Shown: positions 16,207 through 32,371 of the stretch, one piece after another
Position numbering within the stretch: the stretch's first letter is position 1
How the letters are laid out: each line of letters opens with the position of its first letter
Source: the human T2T-CHM13v2.0 reference genome, Homo sapiens
DNA length: 64,000 nt
Assembly (NCBI RefSeq): GCF_009914755.1
Contig: NC_060931.1
Direction: 5' to 3' (one strand)
Notes under the pieces: model-generated
The model's database searches: none
What the model was told of the DNA's origin: nothing
Seen by the model: only the letters and a program-made list of their open reading frames with translations
Translations under genes and position numbers: made by a program

Positions 16207-16225
16207 TGGCCACCAGGTGGCGCCC
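16207..16225 (+). promoter_or_regulatory. Near-consensus CTCF binding motif
   Basis: TGGCCACCAGGTGGCGCCC versus the canonical TGGCCACCAGGGGGCGCTA; the CpG is retained. Confidence 0.75.
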
Positions 16226-17068
16226 AAGAACTGGGCCCGAGTTCCCTGGGAGGAATCTGCACGCAGCCCTGGGATGGCACAGGGATGCCTCACGGGACAC
16301 CTGGCCTCGTCCTGGTAGCCCCTTGCTTGCATTTCCCGGCCCTGGGGTGTCCTCCCCGACTGCACATGCATGTAGAGACCATTCCTCCTTCTCCAAAGAG
16401 GGATTTGGAACAATTCTCACATGACCTGATGAGGGACAGTGGCTGTGCTCAGGGTCCCTCTTTTGTCCTCAGAGCATGACCAGGCCTGTGGCTCTTGCTC
16501 ATTGCCCAAGAGCATGGGAGGTTGCCCGTGGCAAGGCCCTGGAGGACCCTGCTGTGCTGCCTGGGACCAGGAGGCCCAGCTGCCTTCTCCCAGCACCTCT
16601 CCCAGTTAGGGTACTGTGCAGGAAATGGGTGCAGAGGCCATAGTGGTGGCTGCTCCTGGGGTCCCAGCAGCTCTAGCTGAGGCAGGAGGAACCAGGGAGC
16701 CCAGGAGGCTGAGGCCCCTGTCCTACTGCTCTGGTCGTGCTGCAGTCTCTGTCACCACCAACAACTGCAGTGAGGTGAGCCACTGGGCTGCAGGCTCTAG
16801 CCTCCAGCCTGTGACAGATGCCTCCTCTTTCTGACTCCTCCTGTAGCAGGGCACGGAGAAGCTCTCGCTCATCGCTGCCTCCTACCACTCCGAACATGCT
16901 GCAGTCTCGTTGACCACGCTGCAGTCTTGGTGGCCACCACCAACTGCAGGGAGCCTGGCCAGGTGCCGCAAGTTGCAGCCTCCACCTCCTCCTCTAAGTC
17001 GGGCATGGAGCAGCAGCGGGAGCAGTCACAGAAGAGGCTGGAATGGTGGAATGCACCCTCAGTATGCA

Positions 17069-17119
17069 TTATATATAGAGGTTTCGGCAATGAGGGCCTG
17101 GACTTTGTGTTCTGATTGG
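17069..17119 (-). promoter_or_regulatory. Putative CCAAT + TATA core promoter pointing leftward into a GC-rich block
   Basis: Minus strand CCAATCAG (17119-17112), then CTATATATAA (17078-17069) ~35 nt downstream, exactly at the AT-rich/GC-rich boundary. Confidence 0.45.
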
Positions 17120-17434
17120 ATGGGGGAAACCTCTAGGCTTTATCTTCATGCCCTGATTTGTTATCCTAAGAGTTGCTCTCATCCAGTCTTCTTTATAAGT
17201 GGTCATCTTTGTAAGTTCATGCCCACTGGGAGTTACTGAAGTTGTGAATGATTACATTTAAACTTATCCTGTAATTTTAGTCTGATTTATTAATTCCACC
17301 TATCTCCTTAAGCAAATTATTCTCTATAGTGATGACCCAAGCAAATTCCTGTCCCAAGATGGTATCAAGATGATACCCAAGTTCCTCTCCAGAATGGTAT
17401 CTGGATATATGTGGAGGGAAATATTTTTTCTAGG

Positions 17435-17960
17435 CCTGTATTAAATATGGCACTAAAGCTTAGTGGCTTAAAACAATACACTGTTATTATCTCACAGCTT
17501 CTGTGAATAAGTAGTTCAGGAGAGTGTAGCTGGGTGATTCTTGCCAAGAGTCTCATAAGGTTGCAGTCAATCTGTTGGTGAGAATTGTAGTTACTTGAAG
17601 ACTTGGAGTTGAAGAATTTATATCAAAGATGGCTTACTTATGGCAATTGGATGGAAGCCCCAGTTTCAGAATGGCTGCTGGCAACAGGTCTTTTTACTTG
17701 CCACATGGACCTCTCCATAGGCTGACTGAATGTCCTCCCAATGTGTCATCTGGCTTTCTCCAGTGCAAAAGATCAAAGAAGAGAGTATGAAGGAACCCGT
17801 AATGCTCTTTATAATTTTGTCACAGACCGTCACTTCTGCCATACTCTATTGTTTAGAAGTTAGTCATTAAGTCCAGCCCACACTCAAAAGAACGAGAATT
17901 AACCTCCACCTTTGGAAGAGAGGCTAGTCAAAGCACTTGTGGACATGTTTTGAAACCACA
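17435..17960 (-). mobile_element. MaLR LTR (MLT1G-like)
   Basis: Reverse complement starts TGTGGTTTCAAAACATGTCCACAAGTGCTTTGAC...TCCAAAGGTGGAGG; contains the MLT1 hallmark cttagtggcttaaaacaa. Confidence 0.8.
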
Positions 17961-17965
17961 AAGGG

Positions 17966-18594
17966 GTATGGCTGCCAGTCTCCAAGATGGCCGCCAGTGA
18001 TTCTCATCAGCTGTTATTAATACATTTGTATAGTCCCTTCCCACAAGAAAAAAGAGTTGATCTGTTTAATTAGTATTATTTTGTTGAAATGACAGAGTCT
18101 GACTTGCAAGTTTAGGTCATAAGAAGAATTTTGACTTCTGCCTTATTCTCTATTGGATCAATATCCCTAGGGGAAGCTAGATGCAATGTCATGAAATCAT
18201 TCAAACAGTCCCATGGAACAATCCATCTAGCAAGGAACTGATATCTCCTAGCAATAGCTGGCATTAACTTACAAGTCGTATGAGTGGGCCATCTTAGAAT
18301 TGGATTCTTCAGTCCAAATCAAGTCTTCAGATAACTGTAGCCCTGGCTGACATCTTGATTACATCCTCAAGAGAGACCCTGAGCCAGAATCACTCAGTTA
18401 AGCCACTGAGTTCTTTTTGCCAAAAACTTTTTTTTTACCAAGTTCTTTTTGCCACCAACTTTATTGAGGTATAATTGACAATTAAGATTGTATATATTTA
18501 AGGAATACAACTTGATGATTTGATATACACATACATTGTGAAATAATCGTGATAATTAGGTTAACATATTCATTACTTCACATAAGTACCATTT

Positions 18595-18642
<48 letters not shown>

Positions 18643-18978
18643 TGAGAACACATGAGATGTATCCTCTTAGAAAATTTCAAGTATACAATATATTATTGTT
18701 AACTACAGTCATATTATTGTATACTATGTCTCCAGAACTTATTCACCTTGCGTAACTGAGATGCTGTACCCTTGACCAATGTCTCCCCCTTTTCTTCTCC
18801 CTCCAGCCCCTGGTAACTACCCTTCTACTTTCCAGTTCTATACATTTGACTCTTTTAGATTCCACACATAAGTCAAATTTTTGACCCTTAGGAGCTGGGT
18901 GAATAATAAATATTTATTGTTATTTTCAGCCTTATGATTTTAAGTTAATTTGTTATGCAGTAATAGAAGTTGCCACAT
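17966..18978 (+). mobile_element. MaLR LTR (MLT1H-like), interrupted by an L1 fragment
   Basis: ccagtctccaagatggccgccagtgattctc...cttcagataactgtagccctggctgacatcttg; resumes at ~18876 and ends ...taatttgttatgcagtaataga. Confidence 0.75.
18412..18875 (-). mobile_element. L1M (L1MA/MB) 3' end fragment containing (TG)n at 18597-18642
   Basis: tttattgaggtataattgaca...cccctggtaactacccttctac...ttttagattccacac. Confidence 0.8.
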
Positions 18979-20815
18979 GAAGCTATGACACTGGTTAACT
19001 CATTTATTCAGTAAACATTTGCTAAGAGCAGACTAAGTGCCAGGATCAATTTTATAATTGGGGGTACAGGGTTAAGTCAAAATGGCAGACTAGAAGCAGA
19101 TCATGTGCACTGCTGTCATGGAGAGGAAACAAAATGGCTAGTGAACACTGATCTTGCCATATGATCCCCTAAGAAACCACATCAGCATCCATGAAGGCAG
19201 CAAGGGGACACAGAGAGGAGAGAGGAGTGAAGCTGAGCAGCCCATCTGTGATCAGCATGGAGCTAGAAGAAGCTCCCAAACATAGGGAAAGGGTAAGTGA
19301 TTGAGAGCCCCTGGGGGATTCACAGTCTTCACAGGGACCTGTGCAAGCCTTGGAACAGGAGAATCTCTTTGACCCACTCCCTGCACCTCTAAGCCAATGC
19401 AGAGAGCCACCCAGAGTTTTGTGGAGGCAACTCTCAAGTCCCTAGGGACTGCTGGAAGCCTTGGACCCTGGAACAGACCAGCACCAGTGCCATAGCCCCA
19501 ACAGAGGCTGCAGTCATGGTACCCGAGGGCAGTAAGATTGCTCCACCCCAAATCACTAGACAAAGTTCAGCACCAGCCTCTGGCCCAATGGTCCTGCTTC
19601 TGTTTTCACTTCACCAACAGGTTCAGCCTCCTGTTCCTCCAGGAAACACCCAAACAACAGGATAGGCAACTTCACCCAATCCCTGCCAGTTGTAGCCAGG
19701 CAGGCCATACCTGCTAGAGCTTCCAGCCCCGTGGTACCACTTCTGTCTGAATTCTGCTGACAAGCACAGTCTCTTGTTCTCCTAGGAAACACCTTAATGG
19801 CATGGTGAGTGACTCCACCCACTGCCACTGCTCAAGGCCAGCAGCCCACACCTGCTAGAGTTTCCAGCCCAACAGTCCTGCTTTTATATGAACTCTGCAG
19901 GTGGGGGCAACTCCATGTTCCCCTGGGAAGCAGCTGGACAGCAGATTAGGTGACCCCACTCATCCCTGCAACTCCTAGCCAAGCAGTTCTTGCTGGCTTG
20001 GGTGGTGCCCAAGCAGTGGGGGAGTCCTCACTCTTGCATCACTAAAAGAAGTGAGATGCCCAAGTTCACAGGTCAGTGGAGGAGTGGGTTGTGCCTCCCT
20101 CTGTACAGCCATTCCGGAAAGGATATGACCTGTTTGCCAACTGTGGCCCCTGCATGAGGAAGCCCCATGGACGAGAACACCTAATAAAAGAAATACAGGC
20201 ATGGAGTCAGTGATCAGAGGGGGCTCTTCCAAGGCTTAGGGGTGGACAAGGTGAGGGGGTCATCTCTACCCCACCCCCTAAAAAGCACTATGCTAACTTG
20301 AGGAAAACACAAAAGAGCTGTGCAGCTGAGAAAAGCCTATCTGCCTGTCCGCTGGCTAACACTTTTAAGTGCCACCTACTGGATCACAGCAGAAAATACA
20401 ATACAAAAATATTTTGCCAGTACACAGCACCTGTGAAAACTAAGGCAAAGATTAAGCAACAAATAAACATTCTGTACATACTCGTGACCCTCTGAAAACA
20501 CCCTAAAAAGAAGCCAACTGACTGTACTCAACTTACATCACAGTTAAAGGAACACTAACCCTTACACATGAAAAAGAATCGATGCAAAAACTCTGGCAAC
20601 TCAAAAAGCCAGTGTGCCCCCTTACCTACAAACAAACACACTAGTCCCCCAGAAATGGTTCTTAGCCAGATTGAGATGACTGAAATGATGGAAATAAAAT
20701 TCAAGATCTGGATGGCAAGGAAGATCGATGGGATCAAAGAGAAAGTTGAATCCAAGGAACCCAGTAAAACAATCCAGGAGCTGAAGGATTAAACAGCCAT
20801 TTTAAGAAAGAACCA

Positions 20816-21597
<782 letters not shown>

Positions 21598-22833
21598 CAA
21601 AAATTTTTAAAAAAGAATTAAAAAGTGAATAAAATCTTTTGAGAAATATAGGATTATGTAAAAAGACCAAACCTACATTTCATTGGCATTCCCAAAAGAG
21701 AAGTAACTTGGAGAATATATTTGAAGACATAGTCCATGAAAAATTTCCCAAACTTGATAGAGAGGGGAACATACAAATTCAAAAAATACAGACAACCCTA
21801 CAGATACTACACAAGATGACCATCCCCAAGGCACATAGTCATCAGATTCACCAAAGTCAAAGTAAAAGAAAGACATCTTAAAGGCAGCTAGAGAGAAAGG
21901 TCAGGTCATCTGTAAAGGGAACCCCATCAGGCTAGCAGTAGACGTTGCAACAGAAACTTTACAAGACAGAGGAGAATCAAGGTTTATTTTCAGCATTCTT
22001 AAAGAAAATAATTTCCAAGCAAGAATATTGTGTCCCACCAAACTAAGCTTCATAAGTGAAGGAGAAATAAAATACTTTTCAGATAAGCAAGTACTTAAAG
22101 GAGTGCTAAACATGAAAACAAAGAACTGAAACATGCTCCTTCAAAAACACACTCAAGGACATAGCCTACAGAGAATGTAAAGCCACCACACCACTAAGTC
22201 TACAAAATAAACAGCCAACAACATAATGACAAGATCAAAATCTCATATATCAATACTAACCCAGAATGTAAATGGTCTAAATGCCCGACTTAAAAGGGAT
22301 AGCATGTCAAGTTGGACAAAAAGACAATCCCCGATAGTCTGCTGTCTTCAAGACACCCATCTCTCGTGTGAAGATACTCACACGTTCAAAGTAAAAGTAT
22401 AGAGTAGATCTACCAAGCAAACAGAAAACAAAAAAGAGCAGGAGTCATTATTTTTATAGCAGATAAAACAGATTTTAAACCAACAACAATCAGGAAGGAT
22501 AAAGAAGAGCAGTACATGATGATAAAAGGTTTAATTCAACAAGAAGACCTGACCATTCTAAACATACACGTACCCAATATAGGAGCACCCAGATTCATAA
22601 AACAAATTTTTCTTGACTAACAAAAAGACTTAGACAGTCACACAATAATAGTGGGGGACCTTAACACCCCACTGGCAGTGTTAGATCATCAAGGCTGAAA
22701 ACTAACAAAGAAAATCTGGGCTTAAACTCGACATGTGACCAATTGAACCTAATAGATATCTACAGAGTACTCCATCTAACAATAATAGAATATACATATG
22801 TTTCATTCATACTATTCTAAGATTGACTACATG

Positions 22834-23038
<205 letters not shown>

Positions 23039-23576
23039 ATTATACGGCTAAATGCCTTTAACAAGAGGTTATAAAGATCTGACATGAATGACCTAACGGT
23101 GCAACTGGAGGAAATAGATAAAATGAAAAATCCAACCCAGAGCTGGTAGAATAAAACAAAGGACTAAAATCAGAGAAGAACGGAAGGAAATTTTGACCCA
23201 AAAGTCCATACAAAAGATAAATGAAACCAAGAGTTGGTTCTTCAAAAGAATAAATAAGATCGATGGTTGTTAGCAAGATTAACGAAGAAAAAAATGAGAT
23301 AATCCAAATAAGCACAATAAGAAATGACAAAGACGACATTATTACCGATCCCACAGAAATACAAAAGATTCTCAGAGACTATTATGAACATCTTTATGCA
23401 CACAAATTAGGAAATCTAGAGGAAACCTGTAAGTTCCTAGAAACACACAACCTCCCAAGATTCTTTCAGGAAGAAAGTGAAAACTTGGATAGACCAATAA
23501 CAAGTTTGGAAATTGAATCAGCAATAAAAATCCTACCAACCAAAAAGAGCTCTGGACCAGGTGGATTCACATCTGA

Positions 23577-23972
<396 letters not shown>

Positions 23973-26900
23973 TAACTCATTCTAAGAAGCCAGCATCATC
24001 CTGATACAAAAATCTGGCAGAGACACAATGAAAATGAAAAACTTCAGGCCAATATCCTTGATAAACATAGATGTAAAAATCCTCAACAAAATACTAGCAA
24101 ACCAAATCCAGCAGCACATCAAAAAGTTAAACCACAATGATCAAGCATACTTTATTTCTAGGATACAAGGTTGGTTCAAAATATGCAAATCAACAAATGT
24201 GATTCATCACTAAGCAGAACTAAAGACAAAAACCATAAGGTCATCTCAATAGATGCAGAAAAAAGCCTTTGGTAAAATCCAACGTCCCTTCATGATAAAA
24301 ACTCTCAACATATTATGCTGAGAGTTCAACATATAATATTGAAGGAATATACCTCAAAATTATAAGAGCCATCTATGACAAACCCACAACCAACATCATA
24401 CCGAATGGGCAAAAGCTGGAACCATTCCCTTTGAAAACTGGAACAAGACAAGGATTCCCACTCTCACCACTCCTATTCAACATAGTATTGGAAGTCCTGG
24501 TCAGATAAATCAGGCAAGAGAAGGAAAGAAAATGCATATGAACAGGAAAAGAAGGAGTCCAAACTCTCTCTTTGCCAATATTATTCTACACCAAGAAAAC
24601 CCTAAAGACTCTGCCAAAAGGCTTCTGGAAATGATAAACAAATTCAGTAAAGTTTCAGGGTACAAAATCAATATACAAAAATCAATAGCATTTTTATACA
24701 TCAATAACATTCTACCTGAGAACCAAATCAAGAACACAATCCCATTTACAATAGCCACAAAGGAAATGAAATACCTATGAATTCATCTAACCAAGGAAGT
24801 GAAAGATCTCTACAAGGAGAACTACAAAGCACTGCTGAAAGAAATCAGAGACTATACAAATAAATAAATGGAAAAATGTTCCATGCTCATGGATTAGAAT
24901 GATCAATATAGTTAAAATGGCCATACTGCCCAAAGCAATTTACAAGTTCAATGCAATTCTTATTAAAATACCAACATCATTTTTCACAGAATAAGAAAAA
25001 CCTATTCTAAAATTCATTTGGAACCAAAAACAGAGCCCGAATAGCCAAAGCAATTATAAGAAAAAAGAAAAAAAAGCCATAGGCATCATATTGCTTGACT
25101 TCAAACTCTACTACAGTATACAGCTACCGTAATCAAAACAGCATGATACTGGTACAAAAACAGACAGTGGAACAGAATGGAAAACCCAGAAATCTACCTG
25201 CACACCTACAACCATCTGACAAAATCAACACAAATAAGCAGCAGGGAAAGGAGTCTCTATTCAAAGAATGGTGGTGGAATATCTGCCTAGGCATATGCAG
25301 AAAAATAAAACTGGACCCCTAACTCTCACCATACTCAAAAATGAACTCAAGATGGATTAAAGATTTAAATCTAAGATTACAAACTATAAAAATCCTAGAA
25401 GAAAACCTAGGAAATACCCTTCTAGACATGGGCTTTGGCAAATGATTTATGCTAAGTCCCCCAGAGCAATTACGACAAAACCAAAAATTGATAATTGGGG
25501 CCTAATTAAACTAAAGAGCTTTTGCACAGCAAAAGAAATTACCAACAGAGTAAACAGACAGCCTACAAAATGGGAGAAAATACTTGCAAACTATGCATCT
25601 AAGGTCTAATATCCAGAATTTACAAGGAACTTAAATCAATGAGAAAAAAAAACCAATTAAGGAATGAGCAAAGGACATGAACACTTTTCAAAAGGAGACA
25701 TACACATGGCCAAAACAAACATAAAAACATGCTCAACATTACTAATCATCAGAGACATACAAATCAAAACCAAGATGAGGTACTATCTCACACCAGTTAG
25801 AATGGCAATTATTTAAAAAGTCAAAAAATAACAGCCGTCGGCGAGGCTGCAGAGAAAAGAGAATGCTTATCTACTTTTGGTGGAAATGCAAGCTAGTTCA
25901 GCCACTGTGCAAAGCTGTTTGGAGATTTCCCAAATACCTTAAAACAGAACCACCATTCAGTGCTGCAATCCCGCTACTGGGTATATACCCAAAGGAAAAT
26001 AATTCATTCTATCATCAAGACAAATGCACCTGTATGTTCATTGCAGCACTACTCACAATAGTAAGGACATAGAAACAACCTAAGTGTCCATCAACAGTGG
26101 ACTGGATAAAGGATATGTGGTACACATACACCATGGAATACTACACAGCCATAAAAAGGAATGGAATCATGCATGTCCTTTGCAGCAACATGGATGGAGC
26201 TGGCGGCCATTATCCTAAGTGACCTAAAAGAAGAACGGAAAATCAAATAACACATGTTCTCACTTACAGGTGGGAGCTAAACACTGAAGACACATGATCG
26301 TAAAGGTGGTAACAATAGACACTAGGGATCACTAGATGAGGGAAGGAGGGAGGGAAGCATGTGCTGAAGAACCACCTGTTGGGTACTGAGCTTATGGCCT
26401 GGGAGATGGGAACACTGGGACCCCAAACCTCAGTGTCACATAATCTACCCATGCAACAAACCTGCACATGTACCCTTTAATCTACAATAAAAGTTGAAAT
26501 TAAAAAAGGACTTAATATCTGAAATAAAAAGGCAAAAAACTAAAAAAAAGTAATAAAACCAGCTTTTGTAAACAGAATATGAAAATAGACATGTCTCCTG
26601 AAAGTTTCATCTGACTCTATGAATTGAGTTCACATTCAAATGTCTGAGACACCAACTAAGTGAAGTAGCAAGGTGAAGTGCATAGAGAGGGCGACCTCTT
26701 TTCTGGAGGCCAGCGTTTCTCATCTCCAGCTGATTGTCAATATATAGAAATGGAAATTCAGTATTGTCTGATCATGAAATTTTTCATAAAATGTTGGAAA
26801 TTTTAATTTTTATCTGAAAGCTTCCAATGACTAAGTGATGACAATTACTTGAAAATGTTTCAAAACCCTCTCTAAAACTTGCTGTACTTCAACCAGATGT

Positions 26901-27117
26901 CTATTATCTTGCTGCATCCAATCTCAGCTCTAAAGGTTTGCCTTATACTTTATGAATTCCACCTTCGCCTTTCATTTCTACTCACATTGTGTTCTCAAAA
27001 GCATATTACTGGAATAAAATTACATGCTTGTATACATGCTTGTATATTGACATTTATCTCCAAACACAAATAACCTAGGAAGACAGTTTGCCAATGAGAT
27101 GTTTTTTGAGACTGACA

Positions 27118-27405
27118 TTTTTTTTTCCGAGACGTAGTCTTGCTCTGTCACCCAGACTGGATGGAGTGCAGTGGTGCGAACTTGGCTCACTGAGACCTCT
27201 GCCTCCCGGATTCTTCCGCCTCAGCCTCCTGAGTAGCTGGGACTACAGGCACGTGCCACCACGCCTGGCTAATTTTTGTATTTTTAGTAGAGATGGGGTT
27301 TCACCATATTGGCCAGGCTGGTCTTGACCGCCTGACCTCATGATCCACCCGCCTCGGCCTCCCAAAGTGCTGGGATTACAGGCATGAGCCACCGTGCCCG
27401 ACTGA
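27118..27405 (-). mobile_element. Alu (S-type)
   Basis: Reverse Alu dimer. Confidence 0.93.
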
Positions 27406-27466
27406 GATTGACTTGTATGCTCAGAAGTGCATTTGCTTTTAAAAACTTGACATTCAGTATACTTAA

Positions 27467-27829
<363 letters not shown>

Positions 27830-28546
27830 TAAATTTAGTTTTAAAAATTCATATTCTATTTTTGTATTTCAATAAAAGATTTTAAGGGGACTTTACTATA
27901 TGATCTCAGTTTAAAACTTAATTAAACTCTAATATTTTATATTGGATTTATAATATATTTGACTTCCTTTTAAAATACTGTTTTGCAATTGTCTAATATA
28001 ACAAATATTCCCAAGTAGATAAGCATTTTTATAAATTGAGTAAATTAAGCTTATAGATATGATAAATTTAAGTTCTTACATATTATAATATTAAATATAA
28101 ATGTCATAATCTTTCAGCTTAAAATTCTAAATCTTTATCAGCTACTAAAATTTCAGTTTTTAATTTGGATTATAGTACTAATACATTAATATATATGAAA
28201 TACTGATATATAGTTACAATGTTAGGTCAAAATATAGATTTTTTTAACAAAAATTATTAATTCCATGATTCAGATTTTCTTAAACACTTATGTGCCTAAT
28301 ACTAAATCTTGAGGTTAAAAAGATACTTCACAATGAAAGATATTATTATGTTAGCTAAACAATTGTTTGTAACCTGGGATGACTGAGATTTTTATATACA
28401 ACCAGAGCTATAGACCATGGTACTTACTGCAGTGCTGTCTGAGATGTCAAAAGAATACCAAGCCCTATTAATTATTTAGAATATAGAGGCGATATCCTAC
28501 TTCTTAGGGCATGTATACTTCACATCGCCTGGTTCAAATCACTACT

Positions 28547-28695
28547 ATTGCTGTGCTGGAGCTGGTCTATTCAGGTTCATAAGAAGTGATTGTTAAAATT
28601 TCAGGAATTGTGCAAGCCAATTGTTAAATCTGGCCATTATATAATTATATAAACATACAATTAAATAAATTGTATTAAAAACAAAAAAATAAGTT
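28547..28695 (+). mobile_element. DNA transposon fragment (MER63-like, hAT)
   Basis: gctgtgctggagctgg...gattgttaaaatttcaggaattgtgcaagccaattgttaaa...caattaaataaattgtattaaaaacaaa resembles the recalled MER63 5' end. Confidence 0.6.
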
Positions 28696-29074
28696 GGAGA
28701 TACAGACATGAACAAAACATATGCACATAAACAAAGCAATTCCTGTCCTTTCATTTCAGAGGGGATGGGATATGTTGGTCTCAAATCTGAGCCAAGATTT
28801 CTGAACCATTACCATCTCTGTTATAGAGTGACTGGTCCATGGTGGCCCTGGACTGGTTACTATGGGGTATGGTTACTATGAGGTATGTATGGTTCTTCTT
28901 GTGTCCTTAAAAGGACAAGTGAGAGCTTCTGGAACCCCAGTACACCACACACAAGACACAGGAATAGGAAACTCTCTTTAGGCTCATGAGGTTGAACACT
29001 TTCTACTGCTGCTGGTCCATCATTATTCCACACTATTGCAGAAATGGCTGCATCTAGAATTTTCTTAGCTTTTT

Positions 29075-29486
29075 GTGCCCTTCATATTCAAGAAAAATTA
29101 TTCAGACACTGTTAAAAATGGTAAGTGAGATTTATTCAAAACTATTGTAAGAGGGGTCATGACTTAGCAATAAAGAAGAGAAATTGAGCTCAACTCCAAA
29201 TACAATAAAGACAGGAGTTGGAAGTTACAGCCAACAAGCACAATGAAGGCATCAGTGGATGCAAAACTACTAAAAGGAGAGGGCAGAGGGATTCTTGCTA
29301 AAGGCAGGCTAAGGATTTAGACATCAAGGGTGAGAAGTGAAGAACTTGATCCGATATCAAGGGTGAAGGATTCTCACTAAACTGAATTAGCAGGATTCTT
29401 ATTAAAGACAGACCAAAGTAGAGGCTTAGTCAAGAAGGCTCAGAGGAGCCTAACTAAAATTTGGTCAAGGAGGAAATCTTTGTCAC
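29075..29486 (-). mobile_element. ERV1 solo LTR (MER31-like)
   Basis: Reverse complement starts TGACAAAGATTTCCTCCTTGACCAAATTTTAGTTAGGCTCCTCTGAGCC. Confidence 0.8.
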
Positions 29487-30179
29487 TCGTGCACCCAAGA
29501 AAGACAGCCATTAGCCCTGGAGTTCTTGAACTCTCCCATTCTCATCAGGATGTTTCTAGAATCTTTAACAACCACAATAGAAGAGGATAAATGAGAACCC
29601 TGGTGCCTAACCTCTTAGCTCTCATTCTGACCTCTTTATAACCCCTTATTCTAGAAAATATGGGATTCATTTTCTTCTTTCATGTCATAACTTCTTTTAC
29701 CATGGGGCAGCAAGCCTCCTTGGAGAGCCGTCAGAATGGATGAGGGATTTTTTGTTTCGTTATAGAAGAAACTCTCTTTCTGATATCACTTAATATCTGT
29801 GAGTTGTGGGAACGATTTGGAACTAATAATTTCTGAAGTAAAAAATGCATTACTTTAAAATCACCCAAAATTATTCTGAATACATATGCATTATGTCTTT
29901 AATGCCCACAATAATGATAATATTATTTTGACTAAGGAAACCACAGCTGGAAGAAGTTAAATATCTATCTGGCTTCTGCTTCAAACATAGTTTTTTCTCT
30001 TTAGTATAGTATTTTAGAGAATCATTGACACAGTTTCTATTGACTTCAGTATATTGACTAAAAGGCCTTAGCATGTTCATCTTGTAGAAATGTATTTGTA
30101 GAAATTTGAAGCTGAAAGTGGTAGTAGTTTCATTTACGGAAAGGCTAGATGGAATGGGAAGGACTTTTGCTAATACTTC

Positions 30180-30637
30180 AGTGGCAGGATAACTTTCTGA
30201 GATATTAATTTGGGTTTTTTTCCCTCGATGTCATGAGGATTGAAACCAACGTAATTCTGTGTCTTTATGTTAAACAATTCTGAGATTAGGCATACTTTCC
30301 TGGCTTAAACAATACTGAAAACAAGTAAAAATAACTTAGCTATTTGCTCTAGGAATCACTGCTTTCAGAAATAATATTGTAAACCGACTAAAACAGCTTA
30401 CCTACCACCCCAAACAGCTTATTTGTAAGACTAATTTCATGACCCTGGCTTTGCTGTACCAATACATTTCAGTCTTGAAATATCCATCACAAAATCACAC
30501 AACTCAGACCCTAAAACACTATGAATAAATGTCTTCTCCTGGCTTTCCGCTCCTCATAATAGGTTAAGGTGGAGTTCTCTCTTACAGCATTAAGTTTAAT
30601 AAACTTAGTTCTGGTGACCTTTGGGGGCAGTCAACAA
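30180..30637 (+). mobile_element. Possible old LTR remnant
   Basis: aataaac followed by ...ggcagtcaaca, like ERV LTR 3' termini; family not recognised. Confidence 0.3.
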
Positions 30638-31289
30638 TCCAAAGCTGTTAACATACTAGAAAGGGAACAAAGTGTTTATTTTCTGAGTCTGACTCCCTTT
30701 ACTCTGGGGGTTATAGTTGACCTTTATGTTTATGTAGAATAAAACATGTTTCCAAGGACTGGTAGATACCGTTCCCCTAGGCTTGCACACATTTTTCTTT
30801 AGGAATCTAAGCTCTCAGTGGTGAGGGAGACAGGAAATGAATTTGGGGAGAGCAACTGGAGGAATGTGGAAGAAAAGTGGAGTGGGCTAGACTTAAGCTC
30901 ATTCTCCTGCAGCATCTAATACTGACACTGACATGAGATGTTGAACAATAGGCCCTAGGGCCTTCAGTCTGAGAAAATATCTTTGTACCTTGGCTGGGAG
31001 GGAGCAGAGGCACCCCATTCCTGGGTAATTTTTCAATAGCTATCATAAGGAAAATGTCCTGCCCTAATTTTGGAAATTCACTCCAGGGTGTGGGGAGGGC
31101 TGTCCCAGGGCAAAACAGATTTTATTTCCCATGAACATGCAAAGAGGAGATTCACAGCTAGATTGAATTTTCTCTCTACTCCTAATGGAAAGTCTTTTCT
31201 CTGCCAGGACAGGAGAGTCTGTTTCACTTTACTAGTAAATATTTCCTTGCCTCTGTCTTTCTGTAAGAAACTTGATTCTCCTTAGATGA

Positions 31290-31825
<536 letters not shown>

Positions 31826-31865
31826 ATGCAATGTATTCTGTTGACACATGTATAAAAAAGGTTTC

Positions 31866-32371
31866 TGATGCAGGTGCACCCCAAAATTAGGGCTTAGCCT
31901 GGGAAGGTCCTTGGCTTTGCTCAGGAAAGAATTCAAGAGCACACTAACAACGAAAGAAAGCAAATGTATTAGAGCAATAGTGTACAGCAAAGTGACCTCT
32001 CATAGGCACAGCAGCCCAGAGCAGCAGCCACAGCCACAGCCCCCATGGGCTGCCAGCTAGCTATATTTATACCCACTCTTAATTAGATGCTAATTAAGGG
32101 GTGGGTTATTCAGAATTTTTTAGAAAAGGGACAGGGGAGTACCCAGAGCCATACAGAGTAAGTTCTGGGTTGTTGCCCATGCTAATGAGCATGGTCATTA
32201 GCCCATGCTAATGAGCATGGTGAGGACAATGAGTGGTCACTTTTGTCACCAGGTACCGCTTTTTCTCTCTCTCTCTTTTCTTCTCTTTTTTTTTTTTTTT
32301 TTACTGCATCCTGTTTTAATCAGTAGGGTCATTACCAGTGCTCAGAAAACAAGTCCTGTTGATCTACCTCA
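31866..32371 (-). mobile_element. ERV1 solo LTR (MER66-like), inserted into the array
   Basis: Reverse complement starts TGAGGTAGATCAACAGGACTTGTTTTCTGAGCACTGGTAATGACCCTACTGATTAAAACAGGATG. Confidence 0.8.
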
